From: Stegostoma tigrinum
Lineage: Eukaryota
Reading direction: 5' to 3'
NCBI RefSeq assembly: GCF_030684315.1
Contig: NC_081383.1
Location: 44,655,912 to 44,719,911 of the forward strand
DNA length: 64,000 nucleotides
The translations under genes and the position numbers were made by a program. Every line of letters begins with the position of its first letter. Position 1 is the stretch's first letter. The notes beneath the pieces are model-generated. The model saw nothing but the letters and a program-made list of their open reading frames with translations. It was not told the origin of the DNA and made no database searches. Positions 24,329 to 37,624 of this stretch are shown in pieces.

Positions 24329-25029
24329 CCCTCTTATCCTGATACCTCCATGCACAGATACTCTCGTACATGGATGCCCTGATACCCTGACATCATCATA
24401 CCCAGATACTCAGGTATCAAAAAACCCAGATACCCAGATATCCTGTCTCAAAGTCTGTATTCACCACAGAGGGTACAAAATACTTTTCAGCAATAGCTAG
24501 ATACCAGGAGCTGGATGGGGGCTGTGGTGAAATTTGGTAAAATTATAACCACAAGGGGCTTGGTAGTTGAGAGGAGCTCTCAAACCCTTTTCATTGTTCA
24601 ACAGCATGTAATTAGGGTCTGGAATGTGCTGTTTGGGAGTGTGGGTGAGGCAGGTTCAGTCTAGAACCATTTGAGAGAAATTGAATTATTAATCTGCAAA
24701 AGAAGAGCATGCGGAATAATGTTCTGTCTGAGGCAGGAGTGTGGCATCAAGTACACTGTCTCTGAAGAGAGGTCCACTAACACAATGGGCCGAATGGCCT
24801 CTTTCTGTGCTCTTGCCATTCTATTAGGGTATATCATGATTCCAAATTCCTGCCATTATCAACACAAGAAAGCAGAGCAAGCCCTGAGAGGGATGGTCTC
24901 AATCCACACACCGTTCTCCCTGAGAAGTTCTAAAGTAGCAAACAGGCCCCAATGCGAGTCCTTTCACAGTCACTGAATTTGAACAGTCAAAGTGCAGACT
25001 CCCCTAGACCGAGAAAAGATTTAGAGAAG

Positions 25030-25410
25030 ATGATATCTGTGGGTAATCATGGACACTTCCGACGCCTGCAATGACCATGTCTGCAGGAACAGCAGTTCCT
25101 GATACGTTGCATAGAGTGCCCAGAGGTGTGGATGGATTCACCATGGAGCATCCAGGAGGCTGGCAATGCTGTGCACAGCACATTTAGTGATCTGGTTACT
25201 CCAGCAATAAGGGCTACACAGACAGAGAAGAGTTGGGTGATTATCAAGAAGATGAGTAAGTGTCGACAGGTAGTGCAGGAGTCCCCTTGAGGCCATTCCT
25301 TCTCAGGCAGGTATACTGTTCTGGAGACTGTTTTTGGGAAATGGCCTCTCGGGGAAAACAGCAGCAGCAGCTGGACCAGTGGCACTGTAACTATCTCTGT
25401 CATACAGAGA
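25030..25410 (+). mobile_element. CR1 ORF1 N-terminal remnant
   Basis: Degenerate DHVCR, F..LVTP and QVVQESP..IP.SGRYTVLETV motifs typical of CR1 ORF1p. Confidence 0.6.
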
Positions 25411-25416
25411 CAATAA

Positions 25417-25760
25417 GGGAGGTGATGGCCTAGTGGTATTAGTGCTGGACTGTTAATCCAGAGACCCAGATATTGTTCTTGGGACCCTAGTTCAAATCCC
25501 ATCACAGCAGGTGATGGAATTTGAATTCAGTAAATATCTGGAATTAAGAATCTAATGATGACCATGAATCCATTACCAAATGTCAGAAATACCCACCTGC
25601 TTCACTGATGTCGTTTAGGGAAGGAAACCGCCATCCTTACGTGGTTTGGCCTACATGTGACTCCAGACCCACAGCAATGTGGTTTTCTCTTAACTGTCCT
25701 CTGGGTAATTAGGGATGGACAATAAATTCTGCCTAGCCAGTGACACCCTCATCCTGTGAA
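25417..25760 (+). mobile_element. Deu-domain tRNA-derived SINE (SacSINE1-like)
   Basis: tRNA head ggtgatggcctagtggta...gttcaaatccc; Deu-like core ccatccttac..ggcctacatgtgactccagacccacagcaatgtggtt; L2-like tail. Confidence 0.8.
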
Positions 25761-25784
25761 CAAGTCAACAGGGAGGGTCAAAGT

Positions 25785-26525
25785 GTTATGGCTGTACAGG
25801 ACTTCAGTAAGGCCACATTTGGAGCACTGCATGCAATTTTGATTGCCCTGCTACTGGAAAGATGTTATTAAACTTTGCAGAAAGGTGCAGAAAATGTGTA
25901 AAAGAAAAGGATGTTATGGAGATAGTAGGAACTGGAGAGTCTGAGATAACAAGGTGTGGAGCTGGATGAACACAGCAGGCCAAGCAGCTTCATAGGAGCA
26001 GGAAGGCTGATGTTTCGGGCCTAGATCCTTCTTCAGATCGTCAACCTTCCTGCTCCTTTGATGCTGCTTGGCCTGCTGTGTTCATCTAGCTCTTTAAATT
26101 GTTTTCTCAAGGATGTTATGGAGATTGGAGTGTTTGAGCTTTAGGGAGATGCTGAGTAGGCTGGGCTATTTTCCCTGGAGCATCAGAGATCGAAAGGTGA
26201 CCTTATAAAGGTTTATAAAAACGTGACATGGTGAGTAGCAAAGGTCTTTTCCCCAGGGTAAGGGAGTCCAAAACTAGTGGGCATAGGTTTAAGGTGAGTG
26301 GGGAAAGATTTAAAAAGCATCTGAGGGGTAAATTTTTCACACAGAGAGTGGTGCTTTTATGGAGAGCTTTTAAGACAGAGATAGATAAATTCTTGGGTAG
26401 TAGGAAGATCAAGGGTTACAGGGAGAAGGCAGGGCACTGGGGTTGAGAAATATATCAGCCATGGTTGAGTGGTGGAGCAGATTCGATGGCCTAGTTCTGC
26501 TCCTACATTTTATGATCTTATGATC
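25785..26525 (+). mobile_element. CR1 3' fragment containing an inverted pLTR pair (25924-26108) with 17-bp TSD
   Basis: CR1 motifs (RPHLEHC, GHRFKVSGERF); TSD aaggatgttatggagat at 25907-25923 and 26109-26125. Confidence 0.85.
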
Positions 26526-26647
26526 TAAGAGGGAGCAATCTTCAAATAAAACCAAGATTTCATGACCCTTATTCCTTTCAGTGAGACAAACTTTTAGAAA
26601 GGTTTTGAAGGAAAATCCCTTCCCACTCTGAGGGCCCTGGGAAATAC

Positions 26648-26798
26648 CTTTGTTGAGCAAAGAACTGCAGCTGAGTGAATGGCCCCTCCTCACGGTCAGA
26701 GCATTTCACATGATGAACCTGATAGCACACGCTGTCCCTGTTATATGATAAACCCTCATATCGTTTGATAAGGGGATTGAGCCTCACTCCCGAACGCT
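26648..26798 (-). CDS. ADAM10: ADAM10-like, exon 2 (prodomain)
   Basis: ctcttctccag|...CAAAG|gtattt; 151 nt, phase 1->2. RSGVRLNPLIKRYEGLSYNRDSVCYQVHHVKCSDREEGPFTQLQFFAQQR versus ADAM10 LNKYIRHYEGLSYNVDSL...FLRLDFHAHGR. Confidence 0.9.
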
Positions 26799-27229
26799 CT
26801 GGAGAAGAGAGGCACCAACATTCATATCATCCTTTCAGCCAGAGATAAATCAAGAGATTTCAGGAACCTGTAATTGGCAAAATCCGAGTTGGGTGACCCA
26901 CAGTCCTGATATCTGGACGGACGCTCTTCAGAGACACTGTTTCAGACAGGAATCTTGAGGGAGTCTCCACAGGATTCCCTATTGTCCAGAGAGCACTTCC
27001 AGGACCCAGTCATCCCTGCAGATTACAACCAACCACCAGCTGCTTTCTCATTATGTCGACCAGTACATTTTAGCGCATGTTTCGCTTTCAGTCCTCCGCT
27101 CCAATTTTAGGTTTTTCTCACGTTCAGGCTCAATTTCCCATATAATTTGAATGAGAGAATTAACAAGTACATCTGTATACCCAGAGTATCCATATCCATT
27201 AGAAATCTCTCCATATCAGAATGATTATT

Positions 27230-27479
27230 TGTTCATGGATAGAAAGTGAAATAACTCCACAGAGGTGGGTATCCCATACCAAGTCTCCCTTTATTCACAC
27301 ATGCATTGCACATGACACTGGCCTCATTAGCTCAGAGACAGCTCTCAGTGTGAGCCGAACCCCTGACACTCCTATTTATACCTGTCGGCCAGGACTCCCT
27401 GATTGGACCTGATGAACATCCCCAATCAGGGAATTCATATTCAATGAGGTCCACCTGGGACCTCCCTCAAATCAATACA
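27230..27479 (-). mobile_element. Putative short solo LTR
   Basis: TGT...ACA ends; on the minus strand CCAAT-like boxes, then TATAAATA, then AATAAA, in LTR order; no TSD recognised. Confidence 0.6.
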
Positions 27480-27579
27480 GGTGTGAACGTTCTTAGGAAG
27501 AGCATGTTGTTGCCTTAGTTGTTTCTGTTTTGCTTCCTTCTTAAATCCCAGGGTTCCTGGGGCTCTGTGATGGCGGGAA

Positions 27580-28205
27580 TTCCAGGATTTTGACCCAGTG
27601 ATCGTAAAGGAATGACAAAATATCTCCTAGTCAGGATGGTGAGTGGCTTGGAGGGGAACTTGCAGGTGGTGATGTTCCCCTGTATCTCCTACCCTTGTAC
27701 TTCTGGTTGGAAGTGATCAGAGGTTTGGAAAGTTGTTTAAGGATCTTTGGTGAATTTTTTGCGGTACATATTCCACATAGTGTCAACTGTGTAGGGAGTG
27801 GATGCTTCTGGATATGGGGCCAATCAAATCAGCTGCTTTGTCCTGGGTGGTTCCAAACTTCTTGAGTGTTATTGGGGCTGCACCTATCCAGGCAAGTGGG
27901 GAGTATTCCATCACACTCCTGACTTGTGCCCTGTAGATGATGGACAGGCTTTGGGGACTCAGGAGGTGAGTTACACGCTGCAGTATTCCCAGCTTCTGAC
28001 CTGCTCCTCTGGCCATATTTATGCAGCTGGTTCAGTTCAGTTTGTGATCAGTGATGGTGCTCAGGAAGTGGAAGAGGGAGGGAATTTGCAATGGTTATGT
28101 CATTTAATTTCAAGAGATGATGAATGGATTCTGCCTTGCTGGAGATTGGTGTTGACTGGTATTTATGTGGCATAAATGTTACTTGTGCTTATTAGTCCAA
28201 ACACG
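27580..28205 (-). mobile_element. L2-group LINE 3' fragment
   Basis: Minus ORF GQKLGILQRVTHLLSPQSLSIIYRAQVRSVMEYSPLAW. Confidence 0.82.
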
Positions 28206-28504
28206 GGTCTTGCTTCACTTGTACAAGCTCGCACTACTGTTTGACAGAATTCACCATATGACCCTGAATCTAAACAAGAAAACAATTCAATTCAGGCTGC
28301 CAGGTCGAGGTTTTTTTCCCAGATACTGAAGAGGTGGGAATTGTGGCAGCTTTGTGGCAACCAACAGGTGTAAAGCCAGTACAATGGTCTGTCAGATTTG
28401 CCAACTGTTCATCATTATTTTTCATTTTTGTTTGGAATTGTAAGTTAAAGTTGAGAATTGAACTTTAAACATTGCGTTTATTTTTGATCTACTGTGGTCA
28501 AACT

Positions 28505-29110
28505 GCACATGTAGATTCACACGCACATTCACACACTCTTGCACACACACATGAGCATGCATCAGCTTGCATGCACACACCTATATACAGATACACATCC
28601 CCACATACACCATCACATACGCTCCGCATGCATACATACACAATATCACACATACATGCAGTCAGCACGCATAAACCTATACACATATATATCCACATGC
28701 ATACACACAGAAAACCACACGCATACATTTACATGTATTCATACACACAAAAACATGCACACATATGCATACATGCAAGCACACACACACAACCACACAC
28801 CCAGATACAGCCCCACACACATACATTCACACACCCACACACACACAGACACATACACACACTGACAAACTGCAACACGCATGCACAGGTACATATACAC
28901 ACACATCTAGACACACATCTGCACAGATGCATGCAGTCACGCAAACATCCCCACACATGCACCATCACATACGCACATATATATCCACCACACAAATACA
29001 CACAAAACCACACACACATACACAGTGTGCACATCCATACGCACACTAAAGTGTACATATCAACATACATGCATGCACATGGACACACACACTCTTTCTC
29101 TCTCTCACAC
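28505..29110. repeat. Degenerate (CA)n-rich tract
   Basis: Directly visible. Confidence 0.92.
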
Positions 29111-29896
29111 TCTTGTTGTAATATGTTCTACTTTCTTGATAAGGAGTGCTGCTCTGTGATAAACCACTGCTTTCCTTGCTGTGATGTCATGTCCAGCTCC
29201 CCACCAACAGAAACCAAACAACAAAGCATGCAGCAATAATGATTGACATAGGAATAACAGTCTTCAGAATAGGAACATCACCCAGATGAATAGTCAACAA
29301 CAATGTACACAGGTACCATTAAGACACCAGCACAATTTATTGATGGTGGTGAGAATAGTTTACTGCTAATACACAAACAGAGTTGTATACATTGTGGCTA
29401 AACTGAGTAACGCAAAATGTAAACGATAATGCACATATCTCTTTATGTGAAAGGAGATACTTGAGATAGAAATGCAATGCTGTAGCAATGTGCCTCCTGG
29501 CTTGTCACAGTTCTGTGATGTCTACCAAGAGGTGCCATCATGTTGTAGACAGTTTCACTTAATATTCAGTATGGGCAACAAAACTTTGGATTGAACTCAT
29601 AACAATATTGACACAAGGGATCTACTTAGAACAAATAGCCCACTCCCACAAAAAATTCCTGAAAAAGAATTATGATGAAAAAATAGAAGATCATTTATTA
29701 AATCCTTGCAAAGTAGATTCAGGCAATTCTGTTTTAATCCTCTTCAAATTCACGTCATTCCCAGAGATCAGGTGCATGTCCAGGCAGATCCCTCTCTCTC
29801 TTGGGGGACTTGAAGCTGTTCTGAGTTCTGAGCATTTTCAAGCTGTTTTGCTGCAATTCTTTGTGCAGTAACAAATCACTGTGAAACTTTCCTTAC

Positions 29897-29966
29897 CCGG
29901 AGGCTGCAGTATTGAAGAATCAGTGGTGTAGACCAGCACAGGGATGAGAGATATGAACATCCACAT
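29897..29966 (-). CDS. ADAM10: ADAM10-like metalloprotease, first coding exon (signal peptide)
   Basis: gacATG...CCG G|gtaagg; MWMFISLIPVLVYTTDSSILQPP is hydrophobic and signal-like. Phase 1 end fits the next exon. Symbol is family-level (ADAM10-like paralogue). Confidence 0.7.
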
Positions 29967-30278
29967 GTCTTTCACTGAATGCCCTGCCACCACACTCTGA
30001 TAACACTCTTTGATCAGGTCTGTCAGACTCATGACTGGGAGTGGAATCTGATAAAGGCGGTGATAGTGGATCAAAATGTCTGCTGTCACCTGCCACAGGC
30101 TCAAGGTGGTTCACAGTCTTGGGCAGGAAGATCACTGCAAAGACTGGGGAACCTCTGATTGAACAGGGAGGACAATTTGCTTTAACCAGACCACATTCCA
30201 TTGCAAACAAAAGCACAGACTTCCTAACATCTTCAGTGTGCAGGTAACACAGCACTCATCACTGGCACAGCTGTTTCT

Positions 30279-30625
30279 TGTGTGTGCGTGGACGTGTATG
30301 TGCTGTGTATATGCGAGTGCAAACTTGTATGCAAGTGTGTGCGCAGATGTATGTGTGTGTATGACTGTATGTGAGTAGGACTGAGTGTGTATGGATGCAT
30401 TAGTGTGGATGTATAGATGTGTATGTGTGCGTGCACGACTGGGTGTATGGTTGTGTAAGTGTGTGTAGTTTTGTGTGTGTTTGGTGTGGGTGCGTATGTG
30501 TGTGTGTTTGCATTCATGCAGATGTGTGTATGTGTGCACAGACAGTTGGGTGTGTATATAAATGTATATGTGCACGTGTGTGTGTGTATGTGTGTGTGTT
30601 TGTGTGCATGTGTGTGTCCGTGTCT
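30279..30625. repeat. Degenerate (TG)n-rich tract
   Basis: Directly visible. Confidence 0.92.
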
Positions 30626-32123
30626 TCACATGTCTTTCTAAACCTCAGTGCATTCCAAAGTGTCTATACAAATAATGTACTTATAAAGTGCAGCCACTGA
30701 TGTAATGTGGGAAATGCAGCAGCCAACATCTGCACAGAAAGATCCCACCAAAGCAATGTGGCAATCACCCAATCGATTTATTTGGGGTTACCGGTGGGGG
30801 GATGAATATTGATGAGGAGTGTACCCCAGTCTCACCCCACGTTCTCCCCTCCATTCGTCTTCCTAAAATCTCTTCTGTGCACCTAAGAGTACAGACAGGG
30901 TCTCTTTTGCAAACATTGAACCAGTGCAGCTGTCCCTGGAGACCGCACTGAGACCTCAGGATTTTCTGAGTTAGCTTATGATCTGAATGAATGAAGAAGT
31001 GTACAACTGTGGAAATGGTTCCCTATGAAGATGGAGGGAAGTGTTGTATTGATTCATTCAGGAGCGAACCAGGCGGATTGACAATATTTAACATTTCACA
31101 CAATAATGTTGTGGACATGGTATGTGACAGTATCCTGAGACTGATGCTGGTTAAGTTCAGCAATGCAAGGTGAAGTCAGGGTGGTGTCAGCCAGAGGGAA
31201 CAGGCACATGGTTAGAATAGTGTATAGGTCCCTGAGTGCCTCTGCTGTCATACCCAGAGAACCGAGAGAGTTCCATCATCTCCCTTCATGTAGCTTGTAG
31301 CTGGTGGTGAGGTTTGCTCTATCAGGAAATGAGTCCCACCGCATAGAATTCACCCCATCTGACATTCACTTGTAGCTGATGTTTAGACATGGTTCTGAAA
31401 GGGTTAATGTTCATGTTACATTGGGTACTCCCATTTTCCTGGTTTCACACAGCCTGAGAGTAGAGATGAAGAGATCCACTCCAGCTTTCAGCAGGAGCTG
31501 ATATATCTGGACCAGGTTCTTAAGGTCCCAGTGACTGTGTTTGGCCCAATGGAATTGAATGATGCTAACATGCAATAAAGCTTCTTGGTTTTTAGTGCCC
31601 ATGGAAATTCAGCAGATACTTTAGACTTGTAATGTGTTTTATTGTGTTAAGTAAACTAACCTAAGGAGTTCAGTCATTTAGCCTATATAATATTTCTCTT
31701 TTTCATTCCCATTGGTCTCAGGCTGACTTGATGTTTCACTCAGTGAACTGGTATTGGAAGGGATAGGCAATCAGTCTCAAATCAACCACATCCATTTTCT
31801 AAAGTCTAGTGATCAATAAATCACCAATGATATTTGATGACGCTGTTATGACTCACTGGAAACCAAGCCCCACTTTCCTGGAGTTGCCACTAAGACTAAA
31901 GATTTTATAAAGTGCACAGAATTTTCCAATTTCCCAGAGATAAAACCCAGGCTGACAGAAAGTAGATTTCTGCAGAAGGTTCACTATTTATTGCGGGTCA
32001 TCAGGCTCTAGCTACAGGTAAACTGTTAGAAACTGTTGGCATTTTATATTAAGTACTGGTCAAACATTATTCTCTTTTCACAAATGTTGAGACTGTCTGA
32101 TCATCTTGAACTCAAATTAAATT

Positions 32124-32302
32124 NNNNNNNNNNNNNNNNNNNNNNNNNNNNNNNNNNNNNNNNNNNNNNNNNNNNNNNNNNNNNNNNNNNNNNNNNNNNN
32201 NNNNNNNNNNNNNNNNNNNNNNNNNNNNNNNNNNNNNNNNNNNNNNNNNNNNNNNNNNNNNNNNNNNNNNNNNNNNNNNNNNNNNNNNNNNNNNNNNNNN
32301 NN
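32124..32302. other. Assembly gap (179 N)
   Basis: Run of N. Confidence 1.
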
Positions 32303-32348
32303 CAGAGGTGAAAAACAGGAATGATAGTTCAGTGATCTCTGTTCTTAG

Positions 32349-32929
32349 ATAATGGGAACTGCTGATGCTGGAGAATCCAAGATAACAAAGTGTGGGGCTG
32401 GATGAACACAGCAGGCCAAGCAGCATCTTAGGAGCACAAAAGCTGACGTTTTGGGCCTAGACCCTTCATCAGAGAGGGGGATGGGGAGAGGGTTCTAAAA
32501 TAAATAGGGAGAGTGGGGAGGCGGACCGAAGATGGGTAGAGGAGAAGATAAGTGGAGTGGAGAGGAGAGTATAGGTGGGGAGGTAGGGAGAGGATAGGTC
32601 ACTCCGGGAGGACAGACAGGTCAAGGAGGCGGGATGAGGTTAGTAGGTAGGAAATAGAGGTGGGAGGAGGGGATAGGTGAGAGGAAGAACAGGTTAGGGA
32701 GGCGGGGATGAGCTGGGCTGGTTTTGGGATGCAGTGGGGTGAAGTGACGAGTTGGGCTGGTTTTGGGATGCAGTGGAGGAAGGGCAGATTTTGAAGCTGG
32801 TGAAGTCTACATTGATACCATTGGGCTGCAGGTTCCCAAGCGGAATATGAGTTGCTGTTCCTGCAACCTTCGGGTGGCATCATTGTTTCAGAACCCTCTC
32901 CCCATCCCCCCCTCTGATGAAGGGTCAAG
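32349..32929 (-). mobile_element. PLE family B 3' end with short inverted pLTR piece and 13-bp TSD
   Basis: Reverse complement of about 12390-12966, plus an inverted piece at 32888-32929; TSD tctctgttcttag at 32336-32348 and 32930-32942. Confidence 0.9.
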
Positions 32930-34129
32930 TCTCTGTTCTTAGGCTCTGTTGTCCAGATGATCTTTATGACTCTCATGACAACTGTTGTCTTTCATCTTCT
33001 AGCTGTCTTTCTCCAATTGTTTCCATTGACAGGTAAGGGTCACTAGTTGCCTGCTACACTTTTAAAAGTCTCTGATTTATCAGTTAGAAGTCATATCTTA
33101 CAGTAGCTGTTGCAGGAGAGATAAACAGTAAGATTTGATTGCAGAGTGCAAACAGACAGCTCTAAAGCTGGAGAGGAACTAAACATTTTTCTCAATCTCT
33201 GTAACTTTGCTCCCAGCTCCATGGTGTTCAGTTACCTGAGAAATAGAAGAAAGCATCTAGCGGTTTAAAACATGAAAGGTGTAAAAATCTCCATTTAACC
33301 AGGAAGATGTTGGAAAACCCCATCTTGGCTTAAAAAATTGAAAAAATCCTAGAAGATATGAAAAGTTATCATTTGTATTGTTTTAAAATGTGGGACAGAG
33401 ATATAGTAGTACAAAAACACAGATTTTAAAAAGTTCAAAAGAGTAAATTATTACAGAACAGCCAGTAATTCAATTTAAAGCTTTCTTGAAGATTTCAATA
33501 CAGTACTACAGGTATATTCCCTTGTAAATGCTGACAAACAAAGAGAATATTTCAACAATGCTATGGTACAGAGTTAGCAAACTCTCTAATCATTCTCTTA
33601 GCTTAAAACAGCATTGGTAATATATGAATAAAGTTTAAAAGGCACCAGATTACAGAAAATAAGGGAATGGTAGAGATTTAATACAGCTTTTCAATTATAA
33701 GGTTAGCTAACAAATGGCAAATGATGTAATATTTCCTTGCAGATTCAGATAAGGGCATGAGATTGGAGTTCATGGAGGCAACAGTTGCTTCTCACTGTCA
33801 CCTGCTGTGTGGACATCAGCAGGATGGGTGGAGCTAATGTGACATGAACATTAACACCTTCACAATCATTATACAACACTGACTACCTTGGCACTGATCC
33901 TCTCCTCAATTCTCAATTTCATTAAATTCCACCTTTCATACCAGGAAAGACAGGGCCTTTGGAGGTGAGAGACTTTACCTCAATTCTCACTTACCCCGAT
34001 ACAGTATTCTAGTATCCTGGCCATTCAGGCTGTGTAAATAATAAAGGGGGATGCTGAAGGAGTCCTTCCCAACACCTATAAATTGGGCCAGTCTAGCTCT
34101 TCATTCCCTTGCAACTGATTCATTCCCAC

Positions 34130-35010
34130 ATTTATCCTCACACCCAATCATTCTCACCCAACCACTTACCTACAGCCCCCGCTCACGCACTCACCCAACC
34201 ACTCACCGACTCACCTACAGCCCCCAGTCACCCAACCACTCACCCAGCCGCTCACCCAGCCGCTCACCCACTCACCCAAACGTTCACCTTCTTACACACC
34301 ACTCACCCACTCACCCAACTGCTCACCTTCTCACACACCACTCACCCAACCACTGACCCAACTCACCTACTCACCCAACCACTGACCCAACTCACCTACT
34401 CACCCAACCACTGACCCACTCACCTACAGCCCCCACTCACCCAACCAATCACCGACTCACTCAACCGCTCACCCACTCACCCAACCGCTCACCTTCTCAC
34501 ACACCACTCACCCAGTCACCCAACCGCTCACCTTCTCACCCAACCGCTCACCTTCTTACACACCACTCACCCACTCACCCAACTGCTCACCTTCTCACAC
34601 ACCACTCACCCAACCACTGACCCAACTCACCTACTCACCCAACCACTGACCCAACTCACCTACTCACCCAACCACTGACCCACTCACCTACAGCCCCCAC
34701 TCACCCAACCAATCACCCACTCACTCAACCGCTCACCCACTCACCCAAACACTCACCTTCTCACACACCACTCACCCAGTCACCCAACCACTCACCTTCT
34801 CACCCAACCGCTCACCTTCTCACCCAACTGCTGACCCACTCACCCAACCACTCACCCACTCACCTACTGCCCCAACACACCTACAGCCCCCAATCACTTA
34901 CTACCCCCACTCACCGACTGTCCCCACTCACTCATTCAGAGCTACTTACTCACTCATGCACTGACCTGCACTCAATCACTCAGTTATTCAATCACTCACC
35001 CGTCCAAACA
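34130..35010. repeat. C/A-rich tandem repeat (CTCACCCAAC/CTCACCCA units) with a ~270 bp higher-order duplication
   Basis: The block starting caccttcttacacaccactcacccactcacccaactg occurs at about 34286 and about 34549. Confidence 0.93.
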
Positions 35011-36212
35011 TTCACAATGACCCACATTGCCTTTTGAGGGGGGAATTTCAGGAATTTGACCCAGTGATACTGTAGGAACAGCTATTCCTTTTCATGTCAT
35101 GACGGTGAGTGGCTTAGAAGGGAACTTGTAGGGGGTGGTGTTCCCATGTATCTGCTGCCCTTGTCCTTCCAGGTGGAAGTGGAAGTGGGTTTGGAAAGTG
35201 CTGGCTAAGGAACCTCGGTGAATTTCTTTGGTGCATGTTGTAGATAGTACACACTGCTGCGACTGAATTCTGTGTGAAGTGTCTATGTGCAGTATGTCCA
35301 AGGATATGGTTACAGTGAATCTGGAAAAACCACAGTATGATTAGACAGAGTCAACACTGTTCAATGAGAAGAAAATCACATTTTACATTTTGTGGGAACT
35401 TGGCAACAGATTCTCAAGTCCATATTAAAATGCATTCTGTTTCATTGAGTTCATAGTACAAATTCTTCTGGAATGAGCATTTAACATTGAGGTTCACTGA
35501 TTGAGAAGGTTGGAATGTTCATGGAGATCACCCATGAATGGGCCGAGATAAAGACAGAAAGCACAACTTTTGCGGAAATATAAAACCCCACGAAATCCCT
35601 TCATCAAAGTGCAGTGGTTAAGGATTTGATAGAGAAGGGCTTTCATCAAGTCTCTTTGTCACGCTCTGCAAATCAGCCTCTTTGTTAAATTCTTTGGCAT
35701 CTTGCCTTAGACTAAACTTTAATTTAAAGAAAAATTACTCTCTGCATCGTGAGATCTTCCGGGGATATCAGACCGAGACAATAATGCCAGAATGTAATTT
35801 CTCAGGCTATTGGGAAGAGATGGCTGTCGAACCAGCCAAACTGATTTGCAATTACGAAGAGGGTACGTCAACAAATAACTGATAGCAAAGCTCACACTGA
35901 GTTAAAGGGATTTTTTGGAGGAATTGTCTGTCTTTTAACTGCACTTCAAAGCATACACAATAGCAGGTGCACTCAGATAACTGACTACAGTGCCATTAAT
36001 TTGGGAGATCTACTAGTGCTACCTGCACCAAGATCAGCAGTGGGTGTTGCCACGTAAATTTAGGCATTAGCAATGTCCAAAATGTCACCAAATTGGGACA
36101 AAGGAAACAAGTGACAAACAGTAATTGTCACTTGATGAGATGTCATTCTGTGTAGTATGTTTGTTTTAACAGACACCTCCACTTCTACATTTAAAAAATG
36201 CTGATATCAGCA

Positions 36213-36355
36213 ATAGAGGTAGAGATTTTCTGAAGAAGGGTCTAGGCCCGAAACGTCGGCTTTCCTGCTTCTCTGATGCTGCTTGGCCTGCTGTGGTCAT
36301 CCAGCTCCACACCGAGTTATCTCAGATTCTCCAGCATCTGCAGTTCCTACCATCT
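36213..36355 (+). mobile_element. Solo PLE pLTR with 12-bp TSD and hammerhead core
   Basis: ctgaagaagggtctaggcccgaaacgtc; TSD ctgatatcagca at 36201-36212 and 36356-36367. Confidence 0.85.
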
Positions 36356-37019
36356 CTGATATCAGCATTATTTATTGATTTCAATTACTAATATGTTACG
36401 ACAATTTAAAATAGCCTCAAGATTGCAATATTTTAAGATAATTTCAATGTAGTGTTTGTGGAAAACTACACTGTAGATGCATTCAAAGAATTTATTGAGT
36501 GCACAAAACGACGGCTCAGCAGTTCTGAAAATGCAGCCTATTATGACCTGCCAAAGACCTGAGTGGTGATAGGTAAGAGACTGAGGGAAACAGTGAGCAA
36601 CAAGTCGATCTCAAACATTTCCCACAGCATCTGATAAAGGCAGAGGGTGCCTGGCACCCAGTGACGCATGAGGAAGTTGGCTCTGAATTCTGAAGAGTGC
36701 AGGATGGTTTGGGCTGGAACAGCTGATGCGTCAGATTAGACACTTCAAATACTCCAACTCTGGTTAGATCCCTAATTCATCAGCATCTTTCAAGGCCATT
36801 CCTGAATTGTGAACATCAGAGATTCAGACTGCTGGAATGTAGAATAGAATGCTAAAGATTACTTGGCTGCTTTTTAAAACACTTCACCTCAAGACGTTTC
36901 AACACTTACGATAAAATAACTGTATTTAGAATAACAATGATTAGCATTTATAAAACACCTTTAATGTGGATAAATATTCACAGAAGTGGAAACAGACAAT
37001 ATTTCAACTAAAATGAAAC

Positions 37020-37215
37020 AAAGAATTATTATGCTGGACGTCCAAAACAAAAGCAAAAATTGCTGGAGAAACTCAGCAGGTCTGGCAACACCGGCTGAGA
37101 GAAACAGAGCTAATGCTTTAAAATTCCAGTAACCCTTCTTCAAAGCAATATTTCCCTCAACTGAAACTGCCAGACCTGCTGAGACTCTCCAGCAATTTCT
37201 CTTTGTGTGTGTTTC
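37020..37215. mobile_element. Palindromic PLE-pLTR-derived element (family C)
   Basis: aattgctggagaaactcagcaggtctggca ... tgccagacctgctgagactctccagcaattt inverted arms. Confidence 0.78.
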
Positions 37216-37624
37216 AATGTTTGACACTGACCCACTTAGGAGAGGTGACCGAAAGTTTATCAAAGAGTTAGGCAATCCGGAAGATTTCATGAGCAGAAAG
37301 AAAGGTTAAGGAGAGTATTTAGGGTCCAGTGGTAGGAGGTGTAGAGGCTGGAGGAGTTGGAGTCTGGTTGGAGCCATGCCTGGCACAAAGGTTGCTGGAG
37401 GAGTTCCTTAGGGTAGTGTCCTTGGCTCAACCATCATCTGCTGCTTCATCAATGACATTGGCTTCATCATTAGGTCAGAAGGTGAAGATGTTCACCGATG
37501 ATTGCACAATGTTCAGCACAATTTGTGACTCCTCAGATACTGCATCAGTCTCTGCCTAAACAGTAACACCTGGACAGCATCCAGGTTTGGGCTGACAATT
37601 GACAAACACCATTCGCACTACTTT

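Noticed and set aside
28472-29239. 255-aa His/Thr-rich ORF and similar ORFs at 30132-30700 and 34051-34414
   Set aside because: Artefacts of CA/TG and CTCACC repeats.
32036-32426. ORFs spanning X residues
   Set aside because: Artefact of the N gap.
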